From Pontiella sp. (GTDB taxonomy: Bacteria > Verrucomicrobiota > Kiritimatiellia > Kiritimatiellales > Pontiellaceae): DNA of 64,000 nt. The notes beneath the pieces were generated by a model that had not been told where the DNA came from, did not search any database, and saw nothing but the letters and a program-made list of their open reading frames with translations. Shown here in pieces: positions 17,175-27,284 of this stretch. The number at the start of each line of letters is the position of its first letter. Position 1 is the first letter of the stretch. A program made the translations under genes and the position numbers. The stretch lies in the NCBI GenBank assembly GCA_050290185.1, contig JBNKHE010000002.1, forward strand, positions 128,001 to 192,000, written 5' to 3'.

Positions 17175-17836
17175 CAGGGAAACTCCGGTAAACACAGATC
17201 GTTTTGTACGCCACCGAGCGAATCAAAGACGGGAAACCCGCAGACTTCAAGACGGGAGCGGCTGTTGTGGCCGTTCGCGACGAGCGCGCAGTTGACGCCC
17301 ATGGCTTCGGCGACTTCAAAGTCGTGGAGGGTATCGCCGATAAACAGGACTTCGCCGGGAGCGATGTCGAGGCCGGCGATATATTTTTTTCCGTTCTCGA
17401 CCTTGCCGGCGGCATAGATATCGTCGAGGCCGATGATGTCGCTGAAGAAGGGCGTCAACTCAAAGTAGTCGACAGCCTGCAGGAGCGTGTCGTGCTGGTA
17501 GGCGGAAAGAACGGCCTGGGGAATATTCCGTGAATGCAAGGCTTGGATCAGCTCGCGGGCGCCGTCCTGAAGGACGCATTCGAAACGGCGACGTTCGTAT
17601 TCCGCAATAAACTCCTCGGCCAGGATTTTGTAGGGGTTGGTTTCATAATCGAAGCCGAGCTGGCAGTAATATTGGTCGACCGGAAAGCAGAGCTTGTCGC
17701 GGTAGGTTTTGATCGTGATGGGCGGTAGACCGCGGCGTTGGAGCATGTGGTTGTTGATTTCGACGCAAAGCCAGGTGTCGTCCCACAGCGTTCCGTTCCA
17801 ATCCCAGATGATATGTCTACAGGGCATTTGTTCCAT
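17174..17836 (-). CDS. HAD-family hydrolase (phosphoglycolate phosphatase-like)
   Basis: IIWDWNGTLWDD, VLSA, IGDTLHDFEVA. Confidence 0.92.
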   Translation of the reverse strand: MEQMPCRHIIWDWNGTLWDDTWLCVEINNHMLQRRGLPPITIKTYRDKLCFPVDQYYCQLGFDYETNPYKILAEEFIAEYERRRFECVLQDGARELIQALHSRNIPQAVLSAYQHDTLLQAVDYFELTPFFSDIIGLDDIYAAGKVENGKKYIAGLDIAPGEVLFIGDTLHDFEVAEAMGVNCALVANGHNSRSRLEVCGFPVFDSLGGVQNDLCLPEFP

Positions 17837-17930
17837 GATTCCTTTTGATGGGCGACCTTAACAGATACGTATTTTATTTCGACAAGGTTATGCGGGAAAG
17901 GCATCGTTCACGGCAATTTTCAGGAGAGCT

Positions 17931-19313
17931 ATGAAACAGAACCATTTTACAACAGAAGTCACCCGGCAGCTATCCGCCCGGGTTGAGTCGGGCAAACTGC
18001 GGGGCTGGAGCCTTAAGACCACGGAATCGCGGAGCCATCAACGTTTGTATGCATCGCCGGACGGCCAAACGCTTTCGTGCCACCAGAGCCGGCGCGTCGA
18101 TGGCGTTGCGTACCAGCTTTCGGTATACAGCCCGGTGGAGGATCCCAACCGGGTGGGAACCGCTTTCATTGACCTGGTTCCCCACCGCTCGGTGGACGCC
18201 CAGATCAACGAGGCGCTTGAACTCTCCCGCGGCAGTCAAAATCCGGCATGGAAGCTGGCCGGTCCACCGGCGACGCCCCCGGAACCGGTGGAAACGTGCG
18301 ATCCCTCGATCCGGGATAATCCGGAAGCGGTGATGGAGGAGATCGATCATGCGTTTTCCGCGGCGTTTGCCGTAACGGAGGGCTGCCGACTGAACTCGGC
18401 CGAGCTCTTCCTGAACTACAGCATCAGCACACAGATCAATTCCGAAGGTCTTGCCTACGAGGTGGAACAGAGCGATGTCTATCTGGAGGCGGCCATGGAG
18501 CGCGCCGGTTGCGAGAACGACAAGGAAGTGCATGAGCACGACACCTCCGTCGCCGCGGCGGATCTGGACGTGAAGGGCTTTATCGAACGTTGCGCCCTGC
18601 AGGTGTCGGTTCTGGGCGATAGCGAGGAGCCCGAAACATCCGACAATGCATCGATCCTGATCGGCAAGGATGCGCTCTCGCAAATGCTCGAAGCCGTGGT
18701 GATCCAGCTCAACTGCACCAACGAATATCTCAAGCTGCCTTTCCTGAAGCCGGGCGACCGCTTTGGCGACGACACAGGCGATGCCCTCCAACTGCGACTG
18801 GATCCAACGCTCCCCTGCATGGCCCAATCCGCGGTCTATGCCATCGATGGCCTTCCGGCCCGTTCCGGCACGCTGATCGAAAACAACAAGGTCGTGGACC
18901 GCGTCATCGGCAACCGCTTCGGCCAATATCTGGGCCTGGAGCCCAACGGTCTTTCGGGCAACCTGGTGGTTGAAGCCGGAAGCCTGACGCCGGAGTCGCT
19001 AGCGGGAACCGAATATGTGGAGGTCATCAAGTTTTCATCGCTGCTGATCGACTCCCAAAAGCTGACGTGGAGTTCGGAAATAAAACTAGGGAGGCATGTC
19101 GCGGCGGACGGAACCGTGACACTGGTCAAAGGCGGTGTTGTATCCGGAAACCTGCGGGAAAACTTTACCGGATGCCGCTTCTCCTCCGAACTTGGAAGCG
19201 TCAGTTCACCTCCAAGCAGCTACACTCAGGCTTTGGGCTATCGCGGCCCGGACGCCATGTTCATCACCCGCGGCGTAAGCATCGCCGGACAAACCAAAGG
19301 AAACCGAGCATGA
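17931..19313 (+). CDS. TldE/PmbA-like non-catalytic subunit
   Basis: AIDGLP..LIENNKV..FGQYLG..GNLVVEAG, VKGGVVSGNL; no HExxxH; overlaps the TldD gene (ATGA). Confidence 0.75.
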   Translation: MKQNHFTTEVTRQLSARVESGKLRGWSLKTTESRSHQRLYASPDGQTLSCHQSRRVDGVAYQLSVYSPVEDPNRVGTAFIDLVPHRSVDAQINEALELSRGSQNPAWKLAGPPATPPEPVETCDPSIRDNPEAVMEEIDHAFSAAFAVTEGCRLNSAELFLNYSISTQINSEGLAYEVEQSDVYLEAAMERAGCENDKEVHEHDTSVAAADLDVKGFIERCALQVSVLGDSEEPETSDNASILIGKDALSQMLEAVVIQLNCTNEYLKLPFLKPGDRFGDDTGDALQLRLDPTLPCMAQSAVYAIDGLPARSGTLIENNKVVDRVIGNRFGQYLGLEPNGLSGNLVVEAGSLTPESLAGTEYVEVIKFSSLLIDSQKLTWSSEIKLGRHVAADGTVTLVKGGVVSGNLRENFTGCRFSSELGSVSSPPSSYTQALGYRGPDAMFITRGVSIAGQTKGNRA

Positions 19314-20905
19314 ACACGATGCCCTATCCCCTGACGGACGAACTCCGCTCTTTTTTCCCGTTGCTCAAGAAACTGGTCGTGGAACTCGAAGCCGGAGTGG
19401 AAGACCGCCTCTATGCCTTTGCCGCGCTCGAAGATCTCGAACAGTTCCAGAGCAACGTGAGCCGGACCGAAACCAGCAGCATCACCGCCGACCGCGGACT
19501 CGTTCTGCGCATTCTCGCCGGCCACCGCAACTTCGAGTACGCCACCAACCGCTTCGACGAAGCCGAACTGCTGGCCGAAGCCGCCAAGCTGAAGGCAGAG
19601 GCCCTCGCCTTTCTCGACCAGCAAACCGAGCCTCCGGTCCATACCCCGCACGGATGGAACGACGAACCGCTGGATGCCTTGGCCGAACCGATCCTGGAGC
19701 AGATTTTTTCGGCCGGCAATGGAACCCTGCCAACCGCGGATACGCCCGTGCATTTTGGCAGCGCCTACGACCCGTCCCTTTCGGAATCCAAGAGCAAGGC
19801 CGAAACCACGGAACGCTGCAGGAAGATCAAGGAGGCGATCGAAAAAGCGGGCGACGACCAGCTCGCCTCGGCCGGTTGCATGATCCGCCGCAAGGCCAAG
19901 AGCCGGCTGTTTGCCGATCGCACCCGCCTGATGTCGCAAACGCTGTTTTCGAGCCTTTACTACCTCTACGCCGTCACTCCTTCCGGCAAAACCGTGCGCG
20001 GCATTATCGGTGGCATGGCCGGAGCCGAAGTCGCGGAATGCATCGACGACGCGCTGATTGCCAAACTGGTTGAAACCGCCATCAAGCTCGAAACCGCACA
20101 GCGCATCAAACCCGGCCGCTACCGCATCATCAGCGGCCCCGACGTCACCGGCGTGATCGCCCACGAAGCCTTCGGCCACACGCAGGAGGGCGACACCTGC
20201 CGGCTGGGCCGCAGCTGTGCGCCGGGGCTCCGTAAGAAAGGAACGCCGGTAGGCAACGAACACGCGACGATCATCAACAACGCGGGCGTCTTTGCGATGG
20301 GCAACACCCCGTGGGGCGTCAACGGTACGCACTTTTTCGACGATGAAGGCTTCATTGCCCGCCCGCAGGTGATCCTCGACAAAGGCACCCTGTCCTCCCC
20401 GATGAACGACCTGATCTCCTCACGGGTCGGTGACATCAACGGTCCCGCGCCGCGGCAATCGAACGGCAAACGCGAAAGCTGGAAACGACCGCTGATGCCA
20501 CGCCAGACCAATACCTACTTCACCGCTGGCGATAAAACCCTGGACGAGTTGGCGGAACTTTGCGGCAATGGCTACATTGCCGAACACGCGCATGGCGGCA
20601 TGGAAGACCCGAAAGGCATGGGACTTACCGCCGGCACGGAATATCTGGAGGAAGTCAAGGACGGCAAGCGCACCGGAAAACTCTTTCTGGGACCGCAGGG
20701 CGGACACGTTGAACTTTCCGATCCGGTGCCGCGCTTGCTCAACTCCATCATTGCCAAAAGCGTCATCTCGGAAGAAGACCCGATGAATGAATCCGGAGGC
20801 GAGCCCATCAACAAATGGGGCGGTTGCGGAAAATACCACAAGGAAGGGGTAGAAGCCGGTTGCGGCGGCCCCTGGATCCTGTGGGAGGGCATTACCTGCG
20901 GCTAG
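19310..20905 (+). CDS. tldD: TldD-family metalloprotease
   Basis: GVIAHEAFGHTQEGD, FFDDEG, SNGKRES, PRQTNTYF, GGCGK. Confidence 0.88.
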   Translation: MNTMPYPLTDELRSFFPLLKKLVVELEAGVEDRLYAFAALEDLEQFQSNVSRTETSSITADRGLVLRILAGHRNFEYATNRFDEAELLAEAAKLKAEALAFLDQQTEPPVHTPHGWNDEPLDALAEPILEQIFSAGNGTLPTADTPVHFGSAYDPSLSESKSKAETTERCRKIKEAIEKAGDDQLASAGCMIRRKAKSRLFADRTRLMSQTLFSSLYYLYAVTPSGKTVRGIIGGMAGAEVAECIDDALIAKLVETAIKLETAQRIKPGRYRIISGPDVTGVIAHEAFGHTQEGDTCRLGRSCAPGLRKKGTPVGNEHATIINNAGVFAMGNTPWGVNGTHFFDDEGFIARPQVILDKGTLSSPMNDLISSRVGDINGPAPRQSNGKRESWKRPLMPRQTNTYFTAGDKTLDELAELCGNGYIAEHAHGGMEDPKGMGLTAGTEYLEEVKDGKRTGKLFLGPQGGHVELSDPVPRLLNSIIAKSVISEEDPMNESGGEPINKWGGCGKYHKEGVEAGCGGPWILWEGITCG

Positions 20906-20967
20906 AGCATTTTTAGCCATACCATGGCTATATGCCGAATCTGTACCTCGTTGTCCTCGGTCGGCAT

Positions 20968-21001
20968 AAAAAAACCCGCCTCGCAGGTGCGGGACGGGTT
21001 T
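20968..21001 (-). terminator. Rho-independent terminator of the RRM gene
   Basis: Minus strand acccgtcccgca-cc-tgcgaggcgggt followed by a T run. Confidence 0.75.
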
Positions 21002-21024
21002 CGGTAAAACGTGTGTTCGGGGTA

Positions 21025-21444
21025 TTAGTAGCGATCACGACCGCCACGGTCACGGCCACCGCCGCCACCACGGCCGCCACGGCTACCGCCGCCACCGTAT
21101 CCGCCACCACCGCCGCCGTAGCCACCGCCACCGCCGCCGTATCCGCCACCACCGCCGCCATAACCACCGCCGCCTTCGCGACGTGGGGGACGCTCTTCAC
21201 GGGGACGGGCAATATTTACACGCAGGTTGCGTCCGTCAAGATCCTGGTCGTTGAACATCTCAACAGCCTTCTCAGCTTCCTCGTGGGTGCCCATTTCAAC
21301 AAAGGCAAAACCGCGGGAACGGCTGGTGAACTTATCGAGCATCAGCTCGCACTTGACCACGGTTCCGGCTTGCGCGAACAGTGCTTCAAGTGAATCTTCG
21401 GTGGTACTGTAGGAAAGGTTTCCTACATACAGTCTTTTTTCCAT
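21025..21444 (-). CDS. RRM RNA-binding protein with Gly/Arg-rich tail
   Basis: RNP2 LYVGNL, RNP1 RGFAFVEM, (G)nY repeats and RGG motifs. Confidence 0.96.
   Translation of the reverse strand: MEKRLYVGNLSYSTTEDSLEALFAQAGTVVKCELMLDKFTSRSRGFAFVEMGTHEEAEKAVEMFNDQDLDGRNLRVNIARPREERPPRREGGGGYGGGGGGYGGGGGGYGGGGGGYGGGGSRGGRGGGGGRDRGGRDRY
21085..21175 (-). repeat. Coding 21-nt tandem repeat (YGGGGGG)
   Basis: About four degenerate copies encoding the Gly-rich tail. Confidence 0.8.
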
Positions 21445-21625
21445 TCTACTATCTCTCTACGTCACCCACCGTCTCCATGCCTGTCCCGACTCATTCGGCT
21501 TGCAGGGCGTCCCATGACGCCCGCGACGATCCATGGAGTCTTTCTGGATGACTCGGAAACGACCATATAGCTCGGTCTTAAAAAATCAATGAAAATCCAT
21601 GGGCTTTACAGAACCCTAACACGCC

Positions 21626-23437
21626 CTATGCGTTGGACTTCTGACGGCTGGCTTTCTTTCGATCGTTTTCGGTGAGTAGCTTTTTCCGCATACGAATGAA
21701 GTGCGGTGTGATTTCGACCAGTTCGTCTTCGGCGATATATTCGAGCGCCTCTTCAAGGCTCTTCACCTGGGCCGGTGCAATCTTCATGGCGCGGTCGGTA
21801 CCGGAGGCACGGACGTTGGTCAACTGCTTCGCTTTCTGCATGTTTACCACCAGATCCTTGTCCAGACAGTGCTCGGCAACAATCATGCCTTCATAGCACT
21901 CTTCGCCTGGATTGACGAAAAAGATACCACGCTGCTGCAGGCCGTCGATCGCGAATGCCACGGCCGCCCCTTTGCCCTGCGAAACCAACACGCCGTTAAG
22001 GCGCTGCTGGATCGGCCCCTTGTAGGGCTCGTAGTGCAGGAAGCGGTGCGTCACAATGGCTTCGCCGGCGGAGGCGGTGAGCATCTTGGAACGCAGGCCG
22101 ATCAGACCGCGCGTGGGAATCTGGAAGCGGATGGTTTTGCGCAGGCCGTGCTGATCCATATCGATCATCTCGCCCTTGCGTACGCCCGCCACCTCGATAA
22201 CTTTACCGGCATATTCGTCGGGCACATCGACATGGAGGATTTCAATCGGCTCTTCCTTCTTACCGTGCTTCTCCTTAAAGATCACCTGCGGCTGAGCCAC
22301 CGACATTTCGAAGCCTTCGCGGCGCATGGTTTCGATCAGGATGGAAAGGTGCAGCACGCCGCGCCCGCTGACACGGAATGCATCGCCGCCGGTTTCCTCG
22401 ACGCGCAGCGCCACATCACGCTCGGTTTCCTTCAGCAGGCGTTCGCGCAAATGGCGGCTGGTCACAAACTGACCGTCCTGACCGTAGAAGGGGGAATCGT
22501 TGACGCTGAAGGTCATGGAAAGGGTCGGTTCGTCGATGCTGATCGGTGGAAGCTTTTCCGGTGTTTCAAAATCGGTGATGCAGTCGCCGATATCGATATC
22601 GGGAATACCGACGATAGCACAGAGATCGCCGCAAGGCACTTCCTCGACTTCACTACGACCCAGCCCTTCGAAGGTGAATAATTGCTTGATGCGGGTCTGT
22701 TCCTGTTCACCATTGCGCTTGATGCGCATGAGCGGTTGCTTGGTGTTGAGTGTCCCGCGATAAACACGGCCCACACCGATACGACCGACATAATCGCTGT
22801 AGTCAATGGAGGTTACCTGCATCTGGACGGGGCCGTCGTTGATCTTCGGCGCGGGGATGTGCTCCAATACGGCATCCATCAAAGGCAGCATTGAATCGCG
22901 CGGTCCATCGAGCACCGTATCGGCCCAGCCATCCTTACCGGAACAGTAAAGCATCGGAAAGTCGAGCTGCTCATCGTTGGCTTCCAGCTCAACAAAAAGG
23001 TCGAACACAAGATCGTGGATCACATCGGGGCGGGCGTCGGGTTTGTCGATCTTGTTGATAAGGACGAGCGGCTTCAGGTTTAGTTCCAGGGCCTTGTCGA
23101 GTACAAACCGGGTCTGCGGCATCGGACCCTCGGCCGCATCGACCAAAAGCAGTACGCCGTCGGCCAGATTCAACACGCGCTCCACCTGTCCGCCAAAATC
23201 GCTATGGCCGGGGGTGTCGATGACGTTGATCTTCACGCCCTTATAATTGACGCTGATGTTCTTTGATAGAATCGTAATGCCCCGTTCCCGCTCGAGGTCG
23301 TTGCTGTCGAGCAGGCATACCTGCATATCCTCGTTATCGCGAAAAAGGTGCGCCTGCTTGATGATTTCGTCCACCAACGTGGTTTTTCCGTGGTCGACGT
23401 GGGCGATGATTGCGATATTTCTGATTTCCTGGGCCAT
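21626..23437 (-). CDS. typA: Translational GTPase TypA/BipA
   Basis: [49 protein letters not shown]. Confidence 0.97.
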   Translation of the reverse strand: MAQEIRNIAIIAHVDHGKTTLVDEIIKQAHLFRDNEDMQVCLLDSNDLERERGITILSKNISVNYKGVKINVIDTPGHSDFGGQVERVLNLADGVLLLVDAAEGPMPQTRFVLDKALELNLKPLVLINKIDKPDARPDVIHDLVFDLFVELEANDEQLDFPMLYCSGKDGWADTVLDGPRDSMLPLMDAVLEHIPAPKINDGPVQMQVTSIDYSDYVGRIGVGRVYRGTLNTKQPLMRIKRNGEQEQTRIKQLFTFEGLGRSEVEEVPCGDLCAIVGIPDIDIGDCITDFETPEKLPPISIDEPTLSMTFSVNDSPFYGQDGQFVTSRHLRERLLKETERDVALRVEETGGDAFRVSGRGVLHLSILIETMRREGFEMSVAQPQVIFKEKHGKKEEPIEILHVDVPDEYAGKVIEVAGVRKGEMIDMDQHGLRKTIRFQIPTRGLIGLRSKMLTASAGEAIVTHRFLHYEPYKGPIQQRLNGVLVSQGKGAAVAFAIDGLQQRGIFFVNPGEECYEGMIVAEHCLDKDLVVNMQKAKQLTNVRASGTDRAMKIAPAQVKSLEEALEYIAEDELVEITPHFIRMRKKLLTENDRKKASRQKSNA

Positions 23438-23463
23438 GGAGCCTCCAACGGAGCCGAAGCTCC

Positions 23464-23549
23464 GGTTATTCGTTAATGGTTATTTGTTATTCGGAACAGC
23501 GCTACCATTCATTTCTACGATTAACCAATTAACTGATTCCTAATAACGG
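23464..23549. repeat. Inverted tandem-repeat cassette, about 7-bp period, upstream of typA
   Basis: gttattc-gttaatg-gttattt-gttattc ... gattaac-c-aattaac-tgattcc-taataac. Confidence 0.7.
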
Positions 23550-23693
23550 TTCCCGTTTTGCGGGAACAAAAAGTCGCGCGAACATATAGCTTTCCGTCTA
23601 AAAAGCAACCCCAACGTGCCCAAATGATTTGGAATGCCGCAGACCGGAAAAATGACTGTAATTCCTCCCATGCTTCGGGCAACATGTTCTCCC

Positions 23694-24287
23694 ATGATTA
23701 CATTTCTCGAAGGCAAACTGGATGAAAAGCAGCTCGCGCGCGTCGTGATGAACATCGGCGGCGTCGGCTACGAGGTGTCGATTCCGCTCAGCAGCTACGA
23801 CCAACTTCCCGCAGAAGGTGAAAGCTGCCGTATCCTGACGTACCACCATATTACCGATTCCGATCAACGCCTGTTCGGGTTCTGCACGGAAGACGAACGC
23901 GAAATGTTCACCCGGTTGCTGACCATAAGCGGGGTTGGCCCCAAACTGGCGATCAGCACGCTGAGCGGCCTGCCGGTTCGCGAACTCAAATCCGCCCTGA
24001 TCAACGGCGATATCAAGCGCATCTCCTCCATCTCCGGCATCGGCAAAAAGACTGCCGAACGCATCGTGGTCGAATTGCGCGACAAATTCAGCTCCGGTGA
24101 ACAGCTCGATGCCTTCGCTCCGGCCGACTCCGCGCCCGGTGATCATCGCCTGCGCGACGCCGCCCTCGCACTGGCCGCCCTCGGACAGAAATCTGATGAC
24201 GCCACCAAAATGATCAAAGCCGTCGCCGGCAAGCTTTCCGCCAAAACCACCGTAGAAGACCTCATCCGAATGGCTCTGACTAAATAA
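23694..24287 (+). CDS. ruvA: Holliday junction branch migration protein RuvA
   Basis: MITFLEGKL, GGVGYEV, LFGF, ISGVGPKLA, GIGKKTAERIVVEL. Confidence 0.96.
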   Translation: MITFLEGKLDEKQLARVVMNIGGVGYEVSIPLSSYDQLPAEGESCRILTYHHITDSDQRLFGFCTEDEREMFTRLLTISGVGPKLAISTLSGLPVRELKSALINGDIKRISSISGIGKKTAERIVVELRDKFSSGEQLDAFAPADSAPGDHRLRDAALALAALGQKSDDATKMIKAVAGKLSAKTTVEDLIRMALTK

Positions 24288-24296
24288 AACCCCAAG

Positions 24297-24366
24297 TCAC
24301 GAAGGCCACAAAGAATACCCAAATCCGTTTCGTTGCGAAACCTGGAGAACTTCGAGTCTTCGTGGT
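24297..24366. repeat. Inverted tandem-repeat cassette, 9-bp period, between ruvA and ruvB
   Basis: tcacgaagg-ccacaaaga-atacccaaa ... acttcgagt-cttcgtggt, with inner hairpin gtttcg-ttg-cgaaac. Confidence 0.6.
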
Positions 24367-24415
24367 TATAATCCGTGACAACCGGTGTTTATCTATGGCT
24401 ACATAGCCCGCACGT

Positions 24416-25402
24416 ATGAACAACGAAATCATTACACCGGACAAGGAATTCGAGCAGAAGCTGCGGCCTTCGCGCTTCGCCGATTTTACGGGGCAGGACA
24501 AGATTCGCGAACGGCTCGAGCTATTTGTAAAGGCGGCGCGGCAGCGGGACGACGTCCTCGACCATGTTTTGCTCTCCGGCCCGCCCGGCCTGGGAAAGAC
24601 CACCCTCTCCTATATCCTGGCCGATGCCATGGATGTGAACATCAAGTGTACCTCCGGCCCGGTGATTGACAAACCCGCCGATCTGGCCGGACTGCTGACG
24701 AGTCTGGAACGCGGCGATGTTTTATTCATCGACGAAATCCACCGCATGCAACGCTCGGTGGAAGAATACCTCTATTCTGCGATGGAAGATTTTGTGATCG
24801 ATATCGTGATCGACCAAGGCCCCAATGCCCGATCCGTTCGGTTGAATATCCAGCCCTTTACACTGATAGGCGCCACAACGCGCAGCGGCATGCTATCCGC
24901 CCCGATGCGCTCACGGTTCGGGCTTGTCAACCGGCTCGACTACTACGATGCGGCTACCCTGAAGATTATCATCAAGCGTTCCGCCCGCATCCTGAACGTG
25001 GACATAGACGACGCTGGCGCGATGGAGATCGCGTCCCGGTCGCGCGGGACACCGCGCATCGCCAACAACCTCTTGCGTCGCGCTCGCGACTACGCGCAGG
25101 TAATGGCTGATAATCATATCACCCGCGACCTCGCCGATCAGGCGCTCAACCTGCTCGACATTGACGGCGACGGACTGGAGGAGATGGATAAACGAATTCT
25201 CTCCTGCATCATCGAGAAGTTCGGCGGTGGCCCCGTGGGAATCAATTCGCTGTCCGTTTCCGTCGGAGAAGAGTCCGACACGATCGAGGAGGTCTACGAA
25301 CCTTATCTCATCCAGGAAGGCTATCTTCAGCGTACTCCGCAAGGCCGCATTGCCACTACCCGCGCCTACGCCAAATTCGGCCTAACCCCGCCAAAAATGT
25401 AA
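24416..25402 (+). CDS. ruvB: Holliday junction branch migration ATPase RuvB
   Basis: [47 protein letters not shown]. Confidence 0.98.
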   Translation: MNNEIITPDKEFEQKLRPSRFADFTGQDKIRERLELFVKAARQRDDVLDHVLLSGPPGLGKTTLSYILADAMDVNIKCTSGPVIDKPADLAGLLTSLERGDVLFIDEIHRMQRSVEEYLYSAMEDFVIDIVIDQGPNARSVRLNIQPFTLIGATTRSGMLSAPMRSRFGLVNRLDYYDAATLKIIIKRSARILNVDIDDAGAMEIASRSRGTPRIANNLLRRARDYAQVMADNHITRDLADQALNLLDIDGDGLEEMDKRILSCIIEKFGGGPVGINSLSVSVGEESDTIEEVYEPYLIQEGYLQRTPQGRIATTRAYAKFGLTPPKM

Positions 25403-25491
25403 CCTTTCCGGAGCACACAATCAGTTGTGTCAACAAGTTGCATAAAATACGTTAAATATGTATTATTTATGCCTTTAACAGTGAAAAGGCT

Positions 25492-26289
25492 ATGGTTAGG
25501 CAATACGAAAACATCATCGTTATGGGCAAGAGCGGCGCAGGAAAGCAGCCCCGCATCGATGTACTCACCGAAACCTTTGGACTAACACAGCTCTCCACCG
25601 GCAACATTTTCAGAACCTATCTTGGTTTCTTCAACGAGCTGGGCTTCAAAGGAAGCCTGACCCGTTTCTACGACGTTTTCAGCAACACTTTCATCAAAGA
25701 TTCCGAAATAAAAGAAGCGCTCGACATCTCCGACCATCCAAACGCCGACAACATCGTGCTTGGGCTGAAAGCAAGGCATTATGTCAACCAAGGATTGTTT
25801 GTGCCGGACGAAATCACCAACGCCCTCTTCGAGTCGGCGTTCAGCGCGTTGGAATACTGCGGTGCCGTGCTGGACGGATTTCCACGGACGCTTGCCCAGG
25901 CCCGCTTCCTCAAGAACCTTGCCGACAAACAAGGCGTCCAACTGGACTTTATCCTCCTGGTCGAAAACGACGACGCAAGTATCATTCAGCGCGCCGTTGG
26001 CCGGCGCATCTGCAAAAACTGCGGCGAGGTGTACCACATCGAATACAAGCCGCCACCGGAAACCGGTTGCGGCGGCGACCCAAACAAACGTTGCGATGTG
26101 ATACAACGGAGCGACGATACGATCGACAACCTGAAGGCCCGTCTTCAAGAATTCCGTACGAAAGCCCTGCCCGCCATCGACCATCTGACCACGCAGGGCA
26201 TTCCGCTCTACACGGTTCCGGGCAATCTGCCGGACTTCTCGCCCGAAACCGTGAAAACCAGTGTTTTTGAAGCGATAAAAATCGCCTGA
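25492..26289 (+). CDS. adk: Adenylate kinase-family nucleoside monophosphate kinase (atypical)
   Basis: GKSGAGK, LSTGNIFR, GLFVPDEI, LDGFPRT..QA, GRRICKNCG LID, QRSDD. Confidence 0.8.
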   Translation: MVRQYENIIVMGKSGAGKQPRIDVLTETFGLTQLSTGNIFRTYLGFFNELGFKGSLTRFYDVFSNTFIKDSEIKEALDISDHPNADNIVLGLKARHYVNQGLFVPDEITNALFESAFSALEYCGAVLDGFPRTLAQARFLKNLADKQGVQLDFILLVENDDASIIQRAVGRRICKNCGEVYHIEYKPPPETGCGGDPNKRCDVIQRSDDTIDNLKARLQEFRTKALPAIDHLTTQGIPLYTVPGNLPDFSPETVKTSVFEAIKIA

Positions 26290-26571
26290 TTAGTCCACGC
26301 GGTGCGTAACTTCCACAAGATGGAAGCCGAACTGCGTCTTGACCGGACCCTGCACCTCGCCAACCGGCGCCGAGAAAACGACTTCGTCGAACTCGCGCAC
26401 CATCTGTCCGGGGCCAAACGTGCCCAACGCACCACCGTCCCGACTCGAGGGACACTTGGAATGCTTCTTCGCCAGTTCGGCAAAATCCGCGCCGTTTTCA
26501 ATCTGTTGCTTAAGGTCGAGGCATTCCGCCTCGGTGCCCACTAAAATGTGTCTTGCTACTGCCTGTGCCAT
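26290..26571 (-). CDS. ppiC: Parvulin-type peptidyl-prolyl isomerase
   Basis: [44 protein letters not shown]. Confidence 0.95.
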   Translation of the reverse strand: MAQAVARHILVGTEAECLDLKQQIENGADFAELAKKHSKCPSSRDGGALGTFGPGQMVREFDEVVFSAPVGEVQGPVKTQFGFHLVEVTHRVD

Positions 26572-26601
26572 GACCACTCCTCTTCCATTAAGGTTAAAAA
26601 C

Positions 26602-27189
26602 TCAGGGTTTATCTCTTATCAAACGTTTGGCCCCATAGCCAACGTCTTCATATAATTCCTCTTCCGATAGATCGTCAAATTTTGCATGCACAATGCATTC
26701 CGACCTGTCTGGATAAATCCAGTTTCCCAGCCCAAAAACCATAATACCGCCAATAACGCCCAAGCCGCCGGCCTTCCACAGATCGCTTTCAGACTCAACG
26801 TCATCATATACGTCACCGTTATCGCCGCAATCCCCAGTCAGGGCCAGTAGCCCAAATCCCGTTGCTGCCACAACCGCCCCGGAAACCATCAGCGTACCTC
26901 CGGTCACCATCCGCACGCTATTGCGCCCCTCAACCCAATCACTGTTAAAATCTATCCGACGAGTCATTTCCTTCCCGGAAGATAGCCGAAAGGTTGCAAA
27001 ATCAACGTCCTTCGAAACATTTAGCGTGCAAGGCGTGATTCCCGTCTGCCTACCTGCCCTCACCGTCGCGCCCGGAGGAATCGATGTAAACAGGACTTTC
27101 TGCGTCGAGCAGCCCATCGACAGGAAACAGGTCAGCACCAACAATGCAGGGCAGAAAATCCGCCACGAAGAGCGTTTTTTCCGCATCAT
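26602..27189 (-). CDS. PEGA-like domain lipoprotein/membrane protein
   Basis: Lipobox-like SMGC, FTSIPPGATV..GITPCTL, two hydrophobic segments; start uncertain (27210 or 27189). Confidence 0.65.
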   Translation of the reverse strand: MMRKKRSSWRIFCPALLVLTCFLSMGCSTQKVLFTSIPPGATVRAGRQTGITPCTLNVSKDVDFATFRLSSGKEMTRRIDFNSDWVEGRNSVRMVTGGTLMVSGAVVAATGFGLLALTGDCGDNGDVYDDVESESDLWKAGGLGVIGGIMVFGLGNWIYPDRSECIVHAKFDDLSEEELYEDVGYGAKRLIRDKP

Positions 27190-27284
27190 CTCAATATCTT
27201 CCACACGCATTCACGAAACCAAACACCCGCCTATTTCCTACCGTTTTCCAGCTTGTCGATGTAGCCCTGAACCGACCGGAAGGC

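Noticed and set aside
21025..21180. Gly-rich tail as a microcin B17-like substrate for the neighbouring TldDE
   Set aside because: It is an ordinary RRM Gly/RGG tail, almost devoid of Ser/Cys, convergently transcribed, and no YcaO or cyclodehydratase gene is present.
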